Part shown: positions 8,546 to 19,456 of the stretch, one piece after another
How the letters are laid out: every line of letters starts with the position of its first letter
Position numbering within the stretch: position 1 is the stretch's first letter
NCBI GenBank assembly: GCA_965215265.1
Contig: OZ244048.1
Span: 3,904,001-3,968,000, forward strand
DNA length: 64,000 nt
From: Candidatus Poribacteria bacterium
GTDB taxonomy: Bacteria > Poribacteria > WGA-4E > WGA-3G
Direction: 5' to 3'
Translations under genes and position numbers: made by a program
Notes under the pieces: generated by a model
The model's database searches: none
What the model was told of the DNA's origin: nothing
Seen by the model: the letters and a program-made list of their open reading frames with translations, nothing else

Positions 8546-9286
8546 ATGATAAAACCAAACGCATATTCTAAAATAAAAGCACTTACCTTTGATGTCTTCG
8601 GCACAGTTGTCGACTGGTACAGCTCCATTGTTGAAGAAGGTCAGAAATTCGGGAAAATTCACGGCATTCATGTTGATTGGGCACAATTCGCACTGAAATG
8701 GCGAGCCGGCTACGGCCCCGCAATGAATAAAGTTCGACACCGGGAATTGCCATGGCAGAACATTGATGCACTACATCGGCTCATCTTGGATGGACTCCTT
8801 GAAGAATTTAAAATAGACAGCCTGGACGAAACGGCGAAGGAGCATCTGAATCGAGTCTGGCACCGGCTCAAACCCTGGCCCGATGCAGTCAGCGGATTAA
8901 AGCGGCTGCGCCAGCGCTATATCGTCGCTACCCTCTCTAACGGCAATATCGCGCTTTTGACCAACATGGCAAAATTCGCAGCACTGCCCTGGGATTGTAT
9001 CCTCTCCGCCGAATTGGCGAATCACTACAAACCTGACCCGGAAGTTTATCACACCGCCGCCAATTTGCTTGGACTACAACCAAATGAGGTGATGATGGTT
9101 AGTGCCCATCCCGGAGACCTGCACGCAGCACAAGCAGTCGGATTTCAGACTGCATGGGTACCACGGCCCTTGGAATATGGTCCACATACGAATCAGGAAG
9201 CCAGAGCACAGCCAATAGACCTTGTCGCGAGTGACTTTAACGTGCTCGCAGCTCAATTGGATTTCGAAAGACAACACCCAGATTAA
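8546..9286 (+). CDS. Haloacid dehalogenase, type II
   Basis: FDVFGTVVDW, LSNGN, YKPDPEVY, MVSAHPGDL. Confidence 0.9.
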   Translation: MIKPNAYSKIKALTFDVFGTVVDWYSSIVEEGQKFGKIHGIHVDWAQFALKWRAGYGPAMNKVRHRELPWQNIDALHRLILDGLLEEFKIDSLDETAKEHLNRVWHRLKPWPDAVSGLKRLRQRYIVATLSNGNIALLTNMAKFAALPWDCILSAELANHYKPDPEVYHTAANLLGLQPNEVMMVSAHPGDLHAAQAVGFQTAWVPRPLEYGPHTNQEARAQPIDLVASDFNVLAAQLDFERQHPD

Positions 9287-9317
9287 ATTATAAAAATATC
9301 AAATTGGAGAATCAATT

Positions 9318-10343
9318 ATGAGCAAAATCCGAATCGCTTTTATCGGTTGTGGCGGGATGTCATCGCAGTTGCAACAGTGCATCCCGATGGTCCCAGAGTT
9401 CGAGTTCGTTGCTACATGCGACATCGTTGAAGAAAAAGCCGCTGGAAATGCCCGGAAGTTCGGGGCACTTCGTCATTATACGGATTACGACGAGATGCTG
9501 AAGAACGAAGAACTTTACGCAGTGGCTGTTGTTGGCCGTCCAGAGGATAAGCTGCACCGGGATATCGGGATTGAGTGCCTCCAACGCGGTTATCATATTT
9601 ACACGGAGAAGCCCCCTGCAACGACTGTCGAAGGCGCAAAGATGCTGGTTGATGCATCAATCCAGACCGGCAAAACCGGTATGGTCGGGACAATGTGGCG
9701 ACATGCACCCGCACATCAAATAGCAAAACAGTTGATAGCAGAAGATGACTTCGGCGCAGTGTCTCAATACCACACGCGATATCTTGCACCAAGCCCACGT
9801 CTTCGCGAGACAAAAAGCCCTTTCGCATGGCCATTCATGCTCGATCAGGCGATTCACCCAACCGACTGTATGCGGTTTTTCACCGGTCAAGTCAGCGAAG
9901 TGTTCGCGATAGGGACGATTGATGAAGCGAGCGGTACCGTCTCCATAGCGGTGAATCTACGGTATGAAAACGGCGGCATCGGCACGATGACGCTCGGGAC
10001 CGGCCCCGTTTTGGAGACGATGGTTTTCATTAAAGGCACAAACAACCAAGCCATTCAGGTTTTGGAGACGCGGACGCTGCGCCGCTATCGTGTCCCAACA
10101 TGGCTCGGCTCCGGCGGAGGATACGCAGATACGCCGACCGAAGAGTGGGATATTAACACAGCCATCCATAGCATCGGACGGCCCGGCTATCTAGAAGAGA
10201 TGCGCCACTGGGCAAAATCGCTACAAGATCTAACACAGCCACATGCAAGCCTTGAAGATGCATACCAGAACATGCGCGTTTTAAAAGCGATTAGCGATAG
10301 TGTTGAAACCGGGGCAGTCGTTCGGATAGAGAAGGACGCATGA
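9318..10343 (+). CDS. Gfo/Idh/MocA family oxidoreductase
   Basis: IAFIGCGG, EKPP, DQAIH motifs. Confidence 0.9.
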   Translation: MSKIRIAFIGCGGMSSQLQQCIPMVPEFEFVATCDIVEEKAAGNARKFGALRHYTDYDEMLKNEELYAVAVVGRPEDKLHRDIGIECLQRGYHIYTEKPPATTVEGAKMLVDASIQTGKTGMVGTMWRHAPAHQIAKQLIAEDDFGAVSQYHTRYLAPSPRLRETKSPFAWPFMLDQAIHPTDCMRFFTGQVSEVFAIGTIDEASGTVSIAVNLRYENGGIGTMTLGTGPVLETMVFIKGTNNQAIQVLETRTLRRYRVPTWLGSGGGYADTPTEEWDINTAIHSIGRPGYLEEMRHWAKSLQDLTQPHASLEDAYQNMRVLKAISDSVETGAVVRIEKDA

Positions 10344-11254
10344 AAGTCGTTAACTTGTGGGCACCCCGTGTCAACCCGATAAAAATCCGCCGGCTTTACC
10401 GTTACGCCCGCTTAGGCATCTACGATGACGATATACTACAGGTTGTCGGCTGGGAGCTCTACGTCCGTTGTAATGACATTGCAACGGTTGCAGATGTCTT
10501 CCGGGACGGCCGTGTCCCTTGCCCCCAATGCCAGACAAAAGTGAAACGGAAGATAGATCCGCTGTTTAAGGGCGGTGACGGTGGCACCCATGTCAACTGG
10601 TTCCATTGCCCGCACTGTAGCAGGAGATTGCTATGGCAAGACTGCCGGGATGCCCTACGCAAAAACCCCAGGTGTTTCGATTGCCGCACACTGCTAACAG
10701 GAACAGCGGAGTTGACATGCACTTGCGGTAAAAAATGGGAACAAAAAACTTACCGGCGTTCCCTCGCCAACCGCGTACGTCTACCTTGTCCAAATTGTCT
10801 TCACGTGATCCGCAGACCGGAGATGTCCGTCACTCGATACACTATCAAAAAACGAGCAGCCCGTGATGAATTGCAATGTCCTCGGTGCAACCGTGCAGCC
10901 ATTCATGAGAAAGGCTCTATTCTGTGTCATGCATGCGGTTATCAACGTCGATGGCGGGATTACCGGAAAAGTTTGAAAAGACGGGATGAAAAACTCGAAT
11001 GCACCGGGTGCGGATACACGTTTCGATGGCAGGCCTGGCGTAAGAGTGCCCGTTCGCTTAGAACCGGTAACCCCAAGCCTGCACGTCAATTCGCTGAAGG
11101 TTGGCCAAGGTGTCGCACCCCTCAAGCGCGTATGATACAAATTGATACGCTACTTCAGGCACTGCACGGACGAGGCGCATTAGCCCCCCTATTTATTGAT
11201 GGAAATGAGCAGAGCATCCGCGAAATGCTCGATGAATTCGCAGTGCAAGCCTGA
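10340..11254 (+). CDS. Basic multi-zinc-ribbon hypothetical protein
   Basis: CPQC, CPHC, CFDC, CTC, CPNC, CPRC, CHAC, CTGC; ATGA overlap with the upstream gene. Confidence 0.75.
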   Translation: MKVVNLWAPRVNPIKIRRLYRYARLGIYDDDILQVVGWELYVRCNDIATVADVFRDGRVPCPQCQTKVKRKIDPLFKGGDGGTHVNWFHCPHCSRRLLWQDCRDALRKNPRCFDCRTLLTGTAELTCTCGKKWEQKTYRRSLANRVRLPCPNCLHVIRRPEMSVTRYTIKKRAARDELQCPRCNRAAIHEKGSILCHACGYQRRWRDYRKSLKRRDEKLECTGCGYTFRWQAWRKSARSLRTGNPKPARQFAEGWPRCRTPQARMIQIDTLLQALHGRGALAPLFIDGNEQSIREMLDEFAVQA

Positions 11255-11303
11255 CCGCTAGCTTGCTCTTTCTGGATCGAACCTCAGGAGCACAGGCAAA
11301 CAG

Positions 11304-12149
11304 ATGAATTCCAAAAATAAAACAGATTCTACGCTTGCTGAAGATATTGGCAGTTCATCCAGTACGACAGCCGAAAAACTTCCGCACAACCGAATCGTAT
11401 TAGGCGACTGTTTAGACATTTTGCCTTCCTTCCCCGATGCAGTTTTTGACTGTTGTATCGCCGATCCCCCGTTTAATCTCTCGAAAAGGAAAGGGTTGGA
11501 CTGGGCATTTAGCTCGCATGTCACAATGCAGGAACAGTGGGATATTTTCGCGAAGGACGACTATTTCCAATTTACCGTTAATTGGATGACTGAAGTCCTG
11601 AGGGTACTAAAACCGAATGGAAATCTATTCGTTTTTGGCTCATTTCACTGCATCTTTACAATCGGGTTTATTCTACAAAACATGTTTGACCGCCGGATTA
11701 TCACGCAAATTGTTTGGTATAAACCCAATGCCCAACCTAATATAACGTGTCGAATGTTTACCGAATCTACCGAATTTATCATTTGGGCAGTCAACAATGA
11801 AAGCAAAAAAGCAAAAAATTGGACCTTCAATTACCCAACGATGAAGGCAATGAACAACGGTAAGCAGATGCGAAATATGTGGGAAATCCCACTAACAAAG
11901 CCATCCGAACGGAAGCATGGGAAGCACCCAGCACAAAAACCTTTAGCAATCATCGAACGGCTTATTTTAGCCGGAACTCATAAAGGAGAACTCATTCTCG
12001 ACCCATTTTCTGGAACTGGAACCACGGCGGTTGCTGCTGAAAAACACAATAGGGAATGGATAATGATTGAGAAGGAGAAAGCGTACAACCAAATTGCTCA
12101 GAAGCGAATCGATGCGTCGTTCACTACACCCCCTGACAAGCGGAGTTAG
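11304..12149 (+). CDS. Site-specific DNA methyltransferase, beta class (N6_N4_Mtase; DpnA-like)
   Basis: DPPF before DPFSGTGTT; WYKPNAQPNITCRMFTESTEFIIWA; KHPAQKP. Confidence 0.9.
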   Translation: MNSKNKTDSTLAEDIGSSSSTTAEKLPHNRIVLGDCLDILPSFPDAVFDCCIADPPFNLSKRKGLDWAFSSHVTMQEQWDIFAKDDYFQFTVNWMTEVLRVLKPNGNLFVFGSFHCIFTIGFILQNMFDRRIITQIVWYKPNAQPNITCRMFTESTEFIIWAVNNESKKAKNWTFNYPTMKAMNNGKQMRNMWEIPLTKPSERKHGKHPAQKPLAIIERLILAGTHKGELILDPFSGTGTTAVAAEKHNREWIMIEKEKAYNQIAQKRIDASFTTPPDKRS

Positions 12150-12234
12150 GGGGGCATCCTTCATTACTGACAAGCAGGGCTAGAGGGGTGCCTTAGACGG
12201 TCCCCAAACCTGTTTCGGCGTGCACGTGTCAAAA

Positions 12235-12760
12235 TAGGACCATATCTCACACTCACCGGAAACCGCTGTGGGGGTCCGCGTACGAGGGTGAATACCGGTG
12301 GCGATTGGCGACACGCACGAGACGTGGAGAATAGTACCAACACCCGCCACGCAACACGCGAGATGACTTAGCATTTCTGAAGTTGTTTACAAGTGCATCT
12401 AGATTCGCAGTCGTATTTCCACGCACGCCACTCAACGGATTCCGAGACGGAGACTCAGAATAGAAATCCGCATCATACTCGTCCAGACACCACTCCCACA
12501 CGTTCCCTGCCATGTCGAACAGCCCATATCCGTTCGCGGCATAAGTCCCTACTAGCGTCGTATCGCCACCGTAGTTTGCACGCCCATAGGAAATCGTATT
12601 CCCCCACGGGTACTCCAGACCCGCCTTACCACCCCGCACTGCTCTCTCCCACTACGCCTCCGTCGGAAGACGTTTACCCACCCACTGCACATAAGCCATT
12701 GCACCATACCACGCTGGATGCTCCGCCTTACCCAAAGGATAGTTATTACTGCTCCAAAAG
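12235..12760 (-). pseudogene. Formylglycine-generating enzyme (FGE-sulfatase/SUMF1) domain remnant
   Basis: KRLPTEA* (TAG replaces E), YPWG, NGYGLFDMAGNVWEWC, RVLRGGCW...GFR*; N-terminus missing. Confidence 0.8.
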
Positions 12761-13081
12761 TAAAAAATAGACGAACACATTTTAGACGAAAACAACACTT
12801 TTTGCCATTTTTTTTCTGCCTGACTCAAAGGGTGTTTTGCATGATCGTGCAATCTCTTTTTTTCTCAAATTTTCGTAGAGTTGATTCTGATTCAATCTGT
12901 TTAAATTCGAATTTGGGCTTGAAATTTATGTGTTTATTGTGTAAAATGCTGGTACGCAAAATAGAAACCCTTCGATAGGGTTGCAAAATACCTGAACAGA
13001 GCCGAGAGTTTAGTAGTTGTGTAGATTTTGTTAGCGAGTAAACAGATTTTAGAGATTGGCTGAGCTAAGGAGAGAGTCATA

Positions 13082-14125
13082 ATGACAGAAATAAAGGAAC
13101 TGCACATATCCAACGACGCAATGAACCATCCTGAAGAATTACGTCTCCGGATGTCAGAAGAGGGATATCTCTTTTTTAAGAGGCTGCAAAATCCGGACAA
13201 ACTTTGGGCACTGCGGCGAGAGATGCTAACGACAATCCAATCGGGCGGCTGGATTGTCGCCGGTACAGACGCGATAGATGGCATTGCTGATATCTCCAAG
13301 CAATGTACCGAGGGAGATGTCGGCTACACAGATGTATACCACGAGGTCTATAAGCTAGAAGCGTTCCACAGGTCAGGTCATTGGCCAGAGGTTGTCGGGA
13401 TGGTAGAGAAGATTCTGGGCAGGCCCGTACTACCGCATCCACAGAAGATTGCCCGTCTCTGGTTTCCCAAATACACCGCCCATACTACACCGATACACCA
13501 AGACTTCGTTCACTTCCAAGGGAATTTCGAGACATATACGTGTTGGGCACCTGTTGGGGATTGTCCAATTGCGTTGGGCGGTTTAGCAGTCTTGCCCGGT
13601 TCGCATAAAGTCAATAAAGTACTAGACCACCACTTTTCACTGGGTGCCGGCAGCTTGTGTGTGAATACGGACGAATTATCAGGGGACTGGCACTCTACTA
13701 ACTATGAAATTGGAGATACATTAATCTTTCCAGCGTTGACTGTCCACAAGGCACTCCCTAATTTGACCGAAGACCGGCTCCGCGTCTCGTTGGACAACCG
13801 ATACCAGGCAGTCGATGACCCAATTGCTGAGCACATGCTCGAACCACACCTGAACATCTTCAATACGCTCCAATGGGCGGATGTTTACCGCAACTGGGAA
13901 TCTGATGAACTCAAGTATTATTGGAAGGAACACGAACTCACCGTAATTCCGAGAGATTTCAGTTACGGGAATAAAGGGTTTGAAGAAGCTTTAATGTTAG
14001 CTAGAAATGGCGATGAACGTGCAAGACTGCACTTAAACCGCATCATCAAACGGGATGCTACAACTGAACAAGCGAAGTTGGCAGCGGCGGCTCTGCTGGA
14101 AGTAGGTGCAAGTGCCACAGGTTGA
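13082..14125 (+). CDS. Phytanoyl-CoA dioxygenase (PhyH) family protein
   Basis: EEGYLFFK, TPIHQD, GGLAVLPGSH, GDTLIFPALTVHKALPN, RLRVSLDNRY. Confidence 0.88.
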   Translation: MTEIKELHISNDAMNHPEELRLRMSEEGYLFFKRLQNPDKLWALRREMLTTIQSGGWIVAGTDAIDGIADISKQCTEGDVGYTDVYHEVYKLEAFHRSGHWPEVVGMVEKILGRPVLPHPQKIARLWFPKYTAHTTPIHQDFVHFQGNFETYTCWAPVGDCPIALGGLAVLPGSHKVNKVLDHHFSLGAGSLCVNTDELSGDWHSTNYEIGDTLIFPALTVHKALPNLTEDRLRVSLDNRYQAVDDPIAEHMLEPHLNIFNTLQWADVYRNWESDELKYYWKEHELTVIPRDFSYGNKGFEEALMLARNGDERARLHLNRIIKRDATTEQAKLAAAALLEVGASATG

Positions 14126-14265
14126 TTATGTGACCTCAGCCTTGTTAACGTGTTAATATTAACAAAGTCAACTCCCACGTTTTACTGTGGGAGGATGCCT
14201 TTTCTCTCTGCGTTGCCGCTGGGAGTTTCAGGCGCAATTTAAAACAGAACTCGGGGGTAAAAAAT

Positions 14266-15282
14266 ATGAAAGTTGCAGCAATGTTTGGTAACGGCAAGGG
14301 GGGCTTGGTGGACAAACCAACCCCCCGGGCAGCAGCGGATGTCGTTGTTGTCAAAATTCATGCAGTTCCGATGTGTACAGAGTACAAAGGGTTCAAGGGT
14401 GAGCATACCGGAGATAACTTTGGACACGAAGCAGCTGGTGAAGTCATTGAAGTTGCACAACCGGGGCGCGTCAAGGTAGGAGATCGCGTCGTGGTGCAGC
14501 CACAGAACGGCTGCGGTAAGTGTTCGTTGTGCGTCGCTGGTGAGCACATTCACTGCCAGCACGGGCGGCGGGTCCGCGACATTGTCGGGACAGATGTCGC
14601 CTCAGCAACCTACGCCCAATATATGCACAAAATAGACGATTTGCTCTGCCCAATTCCAGACGGCGTGAGTTATGCACATGCCGGCATGGCATGTTGCGGA
14701 TTGGGGCCAACATTCGGCGCGATGGAGCAGATGCAAGTCAATGCATTAGATACAGTGATGGTTACCGGCCTGGGACCTGTCGGCTTAGGCGGCATTATCA
14801 ATGCACACTATCGTGGTGCACGTGTCATCGGCGTCGAGAGCCATCCATATCGCGCAGAACTCGCGAAGAAGTTAGGCGCAGAAACCGTCCTAGACCCATC
14901 AGAACCTGATATCCTAGAACAGATTCATGACTTAACAGACGGCAGCGGCATTGACAAAGCAGTGGATTGCTCCGGCGCAGCCGCCGCGCATCGGTTAATG
15001 GTAGATGCCGCCCGGAGAAAAGGACAGGTCACGTTCGTTGGAGAAGGCGGCGAATTTCCACTGGGGGCAAGCCGCGATATGATCCGGAAAGGCCTCGTCT
15101 TGCGCGGGAATTGGCATTACAACCTCGGACATTATCCTAAACTGATGAAGGTGATTCAAGATTTACCCCACCAGCTTGACACGTTCATTACCCATACCTT
15201 CCCAATGCGCCAGGTGCAACAAGCATGGGAATTACAAACGACCGGTGAATGTGGCAAGGTTGTCCTAGACCCGTGGGCGTAA
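14266..15282 (+). CDS. Zinc-binding (MDR) alcohol dehydrogenase
   Basis: GHEAAGEV, CGKCSLC...C, GLGPVG. Confidence 0.92.
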   Translation: MKVAAMFGNGKGGLVDKPTPRAAADVVVVKIHAVPMCTEYKGFKGEHTGDNFGHEAAGEVIEVAQPGRVKVGDRVVVQPQNGCGKCSLCVAGEHIHCQHGRRVRDIVGTDVASATYAQYMHKIDDLLCPIPDGVSYAHAGMACCGLGPTFGAMEQMQVNALDTVMVTGLGPVGLGGIINAHYRGARVIGVESHPYRAELAKKLGAETVLDPSEPDILEQIHDLTDGSGIDKAVDCSGAAAAHRLMVDAARRKGQVTFVGEGGEFPLGASRDMIRKGLVLRGNWHYNLGHYPKLMKVIQDLPHQLDTFITHTFPMRQVQQAWELQTTGECGKVVLDPWA

Positions 15283-15363
15283 TTTGTGACGTGTTTGAAT
15301 CACTTATTATCTGGATAAGATTTCCAAGTTAAGACCTGTTCACGCGGTTAACTTTTTGACTGA

Positions 15364-17517
15364 CTAGAGACTCAGCCGATACGTAGTTTTGCTCAAAACT
15401 GTCCATTCACGCACGGCAATCCCTGCTGAGGTAACCCATGCCTGAGCGTAGACGAGGTAAAAGTCACTGCCTGGGCGATAAATGTAATGGAACAAGAAAT
15501 TCGTGCTCGCACGCTCTGCCGCATCGTTCCACTGCACGTACAGTTTGGTAAAAAAACGAGTATTCAGTGCATAACTAATACGCGTCCCGACAACGTTTGT
15601 CGTTAATAGTTCTGTTCGGGGCAGGTCAATCCAATTCCGCTGGTAGTGCATCTCGAGCGCGAATTGATACGTCATCCGCCATTGGCTATCAATGTCGAAA
15701 CTCAGGCGGTTACCGTGAAAGTAATCTCCGTAATTCAGACGGCCAAATACAGCAAACGGACGACTACTTTCAGTGAAGGTCCGTAGAGAAACCTGGTTCA
15801 TCTCGTAATCTCCCGCTGGAATCTCAACATCCCCAACGGAGAAAGGCTCCTCTACCTGGTCAAACGTCCGCCGGATATCAACGCTGAATCCATCGTCAGA
15901 GTCTCTAAACAGACTGCTACCAATCCGGGTATCCCATCCGATTAGGTTGTTATCGTGGTCAAGTACGTAACTACCTGAGAGGCTCGCGGTAATATTTCTT
16001 AATAGATGCTGCTCGACTTGCGTTTCATAGCCAGCGTTCACCATTAGCGACCGGATATCTCTGCGCTGCATGAACCCCATTTCGCTGGTAAATTCCGGAC
16101 CGATGTCGAGATAAGATGCATTGAATCGGAAATGCTTGTTGCGCCAATCATTAGAGAGATACCATGCCAAATCGCGTTCGTCCGACCGTGGCGACCAGCT
16201 CCCAACTGTCATTGTACGCATCCGCCATTGCGGATGCGGTCTAAAAAACAGATCCAGTCCACCATTCCGATGATAACCATCCCCAAACCCCCTCTGCCGA
16301 TTGGTAAGGATAAAACCGATGCTTGAATCGATGAGAATGTCTCGCTGCATGCGGAGGACAGAAAAGTTCGTGAGAGGCGATGCTGCTGAAGCTTCAGTCG
16401 TCATATTCAGCGCGCCGACACTGTACGCCCCGACCTTGCCGGTTAGTTTACCACCCCCGAGCAGCCGAACCTGTTTATCCTCTACAATACCGATGCGCCG
16501 ACTGTAGAAAACCGACAACGGCGGCGGACCAAAATCTCCAACGCCTGCTCCAAAGGCGAAGAGACCGCTCCCTTCAAGAAAAAAATCGCGCCGCTCCGGG
16601 AAAAACAGATCGAACCGTGTCAAGTTCACTTCCTCACGATCTGCCTCAACCTGTGCAAAGTCCGTATTCAACGTCAAATCTAAGGTGAGATTCGACGTTA
16701 CACCATATTTCATGTCGAACCCAACGTTGCGCTCTCCTATATACCCCGAACCTACCTCGTCAAGATTTCTCACCAGTCCCCCGAGCAGATACGGTTTGAC
16801 ATCGAAATATGATGGCGACGCAATCTCTTGTAGCCCGCTCAACTTCCCTTGATAGGTCGGATGATAGGTGCCGGGCCAACTCTCACTTCGCGGCACAGGT
16901 ACCCATTGCGCAGCGCCATTCGTTCTCATGATATTCCGTCCAAAATTAATGCCCCAAACCATCGAAGCCCTCTGTTTGAAACGCAGCTGATTGAAAGGTA
17001 TAGCAATTTCAACCGTCCACCCATTAGCGTGTTTTCGACCGGCGGCCTCCCAAATGCAATCCCAGCTCCCGTTGAGATTTTCGCCGCCGTCTGTCACCGC
17101 AGTATCTGACAACGCCCCGAGTGCATTCGTCCGAAAAAAGAAGCACTGCCGTTTATCACGATAGGTGTCTAGCATTATGTAAACGTTGTCATTCTGCCAC
17201 AGTTGTCCGTCGCGCCGCATTTCATTCGCCACAATCTTTTCAGGTTGAGAATCATAGCACTCAAAAGCGACGTAAAGTTTCTCTGCATCGTACAATATAC
17301 GAACCTCTGTACGTTCACTAATCGGTTTACCTTCATCCGGAAATTGTTGGACAAAATCATCTATCACTTGTGCACGCGCCCAATCTTTCTCGTTAAGGTG
17401 TCCATCAATCTCAAGCGTCTCTCCGGTGAAGAACGCCTTAATTTCCTTGTTCGCCCCGGCATTTAGGTTTATCGCAACAATGACAACGCATATCAAAAAA
17501 GCAGTCCGATAAAACAT
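15364..17517 (-). CDS. CBM9-like/DUF5916 domain protein, probably with a C-terminal beta-barrel
   Basis: Signal peptide from MFYRTAF; IDGHLNEKDW, GWTVEIAIPF, NTDFAQVEAD, FPERRDFFLEG, FYSRRIG. Confidence 0.85.
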   Translation of the reverse strand: MFYRTAFLICVVIVAINLNAGANKEIKAFFTGETLEIDGHLNEKDWARAQVIDDFVQQFPDEGKPISERTEVRILYDAEKLYVAFECYDSQPEKIVANEMRRDGQLWQNDNVYIMLDTYRDKRQCFFFRTNALGALSDTAVTDGGENLNGSWDCIWEAAGRKHANGWTVEIAIPFNQLRFKQRASMVWGINFGRNIMRTNGAAQWVPVPRSESWPGTYHPTYQGKLSGLQEIASPSYFDVKPYLLGGLVRNLDEVGSGYIGERNVGFDMKYGVTSNLTLDLTLNTDFAQVEADREEVNLTRFDLFFPERRDFFLEGSGLFAFGAGVGDFGPPPLSVFYSRRIGIVEDKQVRLLGGGKLTGKVGAYSVGALNMTTEASAASPLTNFSVLRMQRDILIDSSIGFILTNRQRGFGDGYHRNGGLDLFFRPHPQWRMRTMTVGSWSPRSDERDLAWYLSNDWRNKHFRFNASYLDIGPEFTSEMGFMQRRDIRSLMVNAGYETQVEQHLLRNITASLSGSYVLDHDNNLIGWDTRIGSSLFRDSDDGFSVDIRRTFDQVEEPFSVGDVEIPAGDYEMNQVSLRTFTESSRPFAVFGRLNYGDYFHGNRLSFDIDSQWRMTYQFALEMHYQRNWIDLPRTELLTTNVVGTRISYALNTRFFTKLYVQWNDAAERASTNFLFHYIYRPGSDFYLVYAQAWVTSAGIAVREWTVLSKTTYRLSL

Positions 17518-17789
17518 CTTTTCTCCTCTATTTGGGTCGTTGAAAAAAATAAGAAAGGCAACGTGTTTTGCAGCAGCCACAGTCTCCTCTCCCATTTGTC
17601 AAAACTGAAATTTTTCTCACCACAATTAATTAAACCCAAAAGTTTTGAAAAGATTCATTGATTTATTGATAAAAGTGAGCGAAAGGGATGCCTTACCGGT
17701 CGTGCAATTCGGTGTAGGACACTAAATGGAGATGGCTACATAGAGACACATTTTTTCATCAGGTTTGTCAGTGCTTCCTGCACTTGAGA

Positions 17790-18824
17790 CTCGGAGTCTG
17801 CATCCAAGGCGGAGGTTGCCTCATCGAGAATTAGAATCTTCGGGATCTCTAATCAGCACGCGCGCAATTGCTACGCGTTGCCGCTCACCCCCACACAATT
17901 GGACACCTCGCTCGCCAATCTTGCAATCATATTTCTCTGGGAGGTTCATGATGAAGTCGTGGGCGTTTGCGAGCTCAGCGGCGGCGGCAACTTTATCGTG
18001 TGACACAGCATCCGGATTCGCAGTGCCGAGACGAATGTTATACGCAATACTATCGGCAAACAGATACGGTTCTTGAAAAACGATGCCGATATGGGCACGG
18101 AGCGATTGAAGTTGTATCTCTTTGATCGGCATAGCATCTATCAAAATCGCCCCCTGTTGGGGCTCATAGAATCTCGGAATTAGGCTGATTAGTGTGCTTT
18201 TGCCCGCACCACTGTGGCCAACAATCGCGACGGTTTCACCCGGTTCTATCTGAAAGTTCAGGCCTTTCAAAACCTGTTGCTCTTCGTTGTACCCGAAAGA
18301 GACATAGGAACTAAGACATTCACCCCAATGAGCATCAGAGAGAACAAACATAACTGCCAACTGATGAAGATGATGATACTCATTGTTATAGTGAGCAGGA
18401 GAGCGTTGATGATATAGTCACCGGCGAAGACACCAAAACCTTCTACCGCTTTCGGGGTATCTGATGTAAATATCGCCATCACGTATCCGGTTTGTTGACT
18501 GTCGTAAAATCGGAATCCTAATTTGCGGAGGCGGTGGTAAGCATCAAGTTGGATGTCTTTAGAACCATTTTCTGCGACTCTTGATGGGAAGTGAACAACT
18601 CCAAGTGCGAAAAAGTACATGCCCACTGCAGTCAAAATCCAAAGCCCACACGTCGGGAGAAGCATGCCAGCGTTTTCTGCCAGAAAGACATCGTCAATCA
18701 GCCACTTCTCAATCCAAGGCAGAAAGAGATTGCTGCCGGAGTAGCCTAATGAGGATAAAATAAAGAGCACTTGAAAGTGCCAATAAGGTTTCAGATACGA
18801 CAATAATCGTCGGACATCTTTCAT
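17790..18824 (-). pseudogene. ABC exporter (TMD+NBD) remnant with internal deletion and frameshift
   Basis: TMD start MKDVRRLLSYLKPYW joined near 18305 to an NBD (GHSGAGKST, LCGGERQRVAIAR) in another frame; Walker B region frameshifted. Confidence 0.8.
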
Positions 18825-18863
18825 CTCATGTACCTTTTTGCACCGAATATGCCTGAGAGAATT

Positions 18864-19441
18864 CAATACCTTCGCCAAAAAAGAGTTGAATAAATAGGAC
18901 AAGTGTCCTAAAGTTATGGATGATAAAAACTATAACTTTGAAAGGAGACTTGCCCATGCCTATGGCGGCGCCCACCCACTGGGTCGTCTGCATTCTCAAG
19001 ACGAACAACAAGACACACCAGAAGGCACACGTCTTATTATTCAGCAACGACTTGACGCTGGAGACAGAGAAAATGATCGATTATTACGCACTGCGGTTTC
19101 AAATCGAGTTCAACTTCCGAGACGCAAAACAATATTGGGGGCTCGCGGATTTTATGAACATCAAACAGGCTCCGGTAAACACTGCCGTCAATCTCGCTAT
19201 GTTCCTGGTCAATGTCTCCGCAAAACTTAGGGCTCCCTTTGAGTTAGCGCACACCGACTTTAGCGTTTTAGACATCAAAGCACGGTATCGCTGTTTGAAG
19301 TTTTTAGCGAAAACCTTAAAAAGACTTCCGCAAAAACCCCATCCTATTGTTATTCAAGACATCACTGAACATATAGCGGCTATTGGTGCTATTCATCAAA
19401 TACAAACCACATCGATACCGGATAATTTGGCGAAGGTATTG
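18864..19441 (+). mobile_element. Internally deleted IS4-superfamily element (578 bp) with intact TIRs and 6-bp TSD
   Basis: 16-bp TIRs CAATACCTTCGCCAAA / TTTGGCGAAGGTATTG; AGAATT direct repeat at 18858-18863 and 19442-19447. Confidence 0.88.
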
Positions 19442-19456
19442 AGAATTGAGTTTTAA
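18956..19456 (+). pseudogene. Transposase C-terminal fragment (IS4 superfamily, YREK motif)
   Basis: YALRFQIEFNFRDAKQYWGL; N-terminal and central DDE parts missing. Confidence 0.8.

Noticed and set aside
12128-12196. Two degenerate CTGACAAGC...TAG(A)GGGG units
   Set aside because: They look like common short intergenic REP-like repeats and are too degenerate for CRISPR or attC.
18968-18980. 10-nt match (GCCCACCCAC) between the CRISPR spacer and the adjacent IS
   Set aside because: Too short and low-complexity to call self-targeting.
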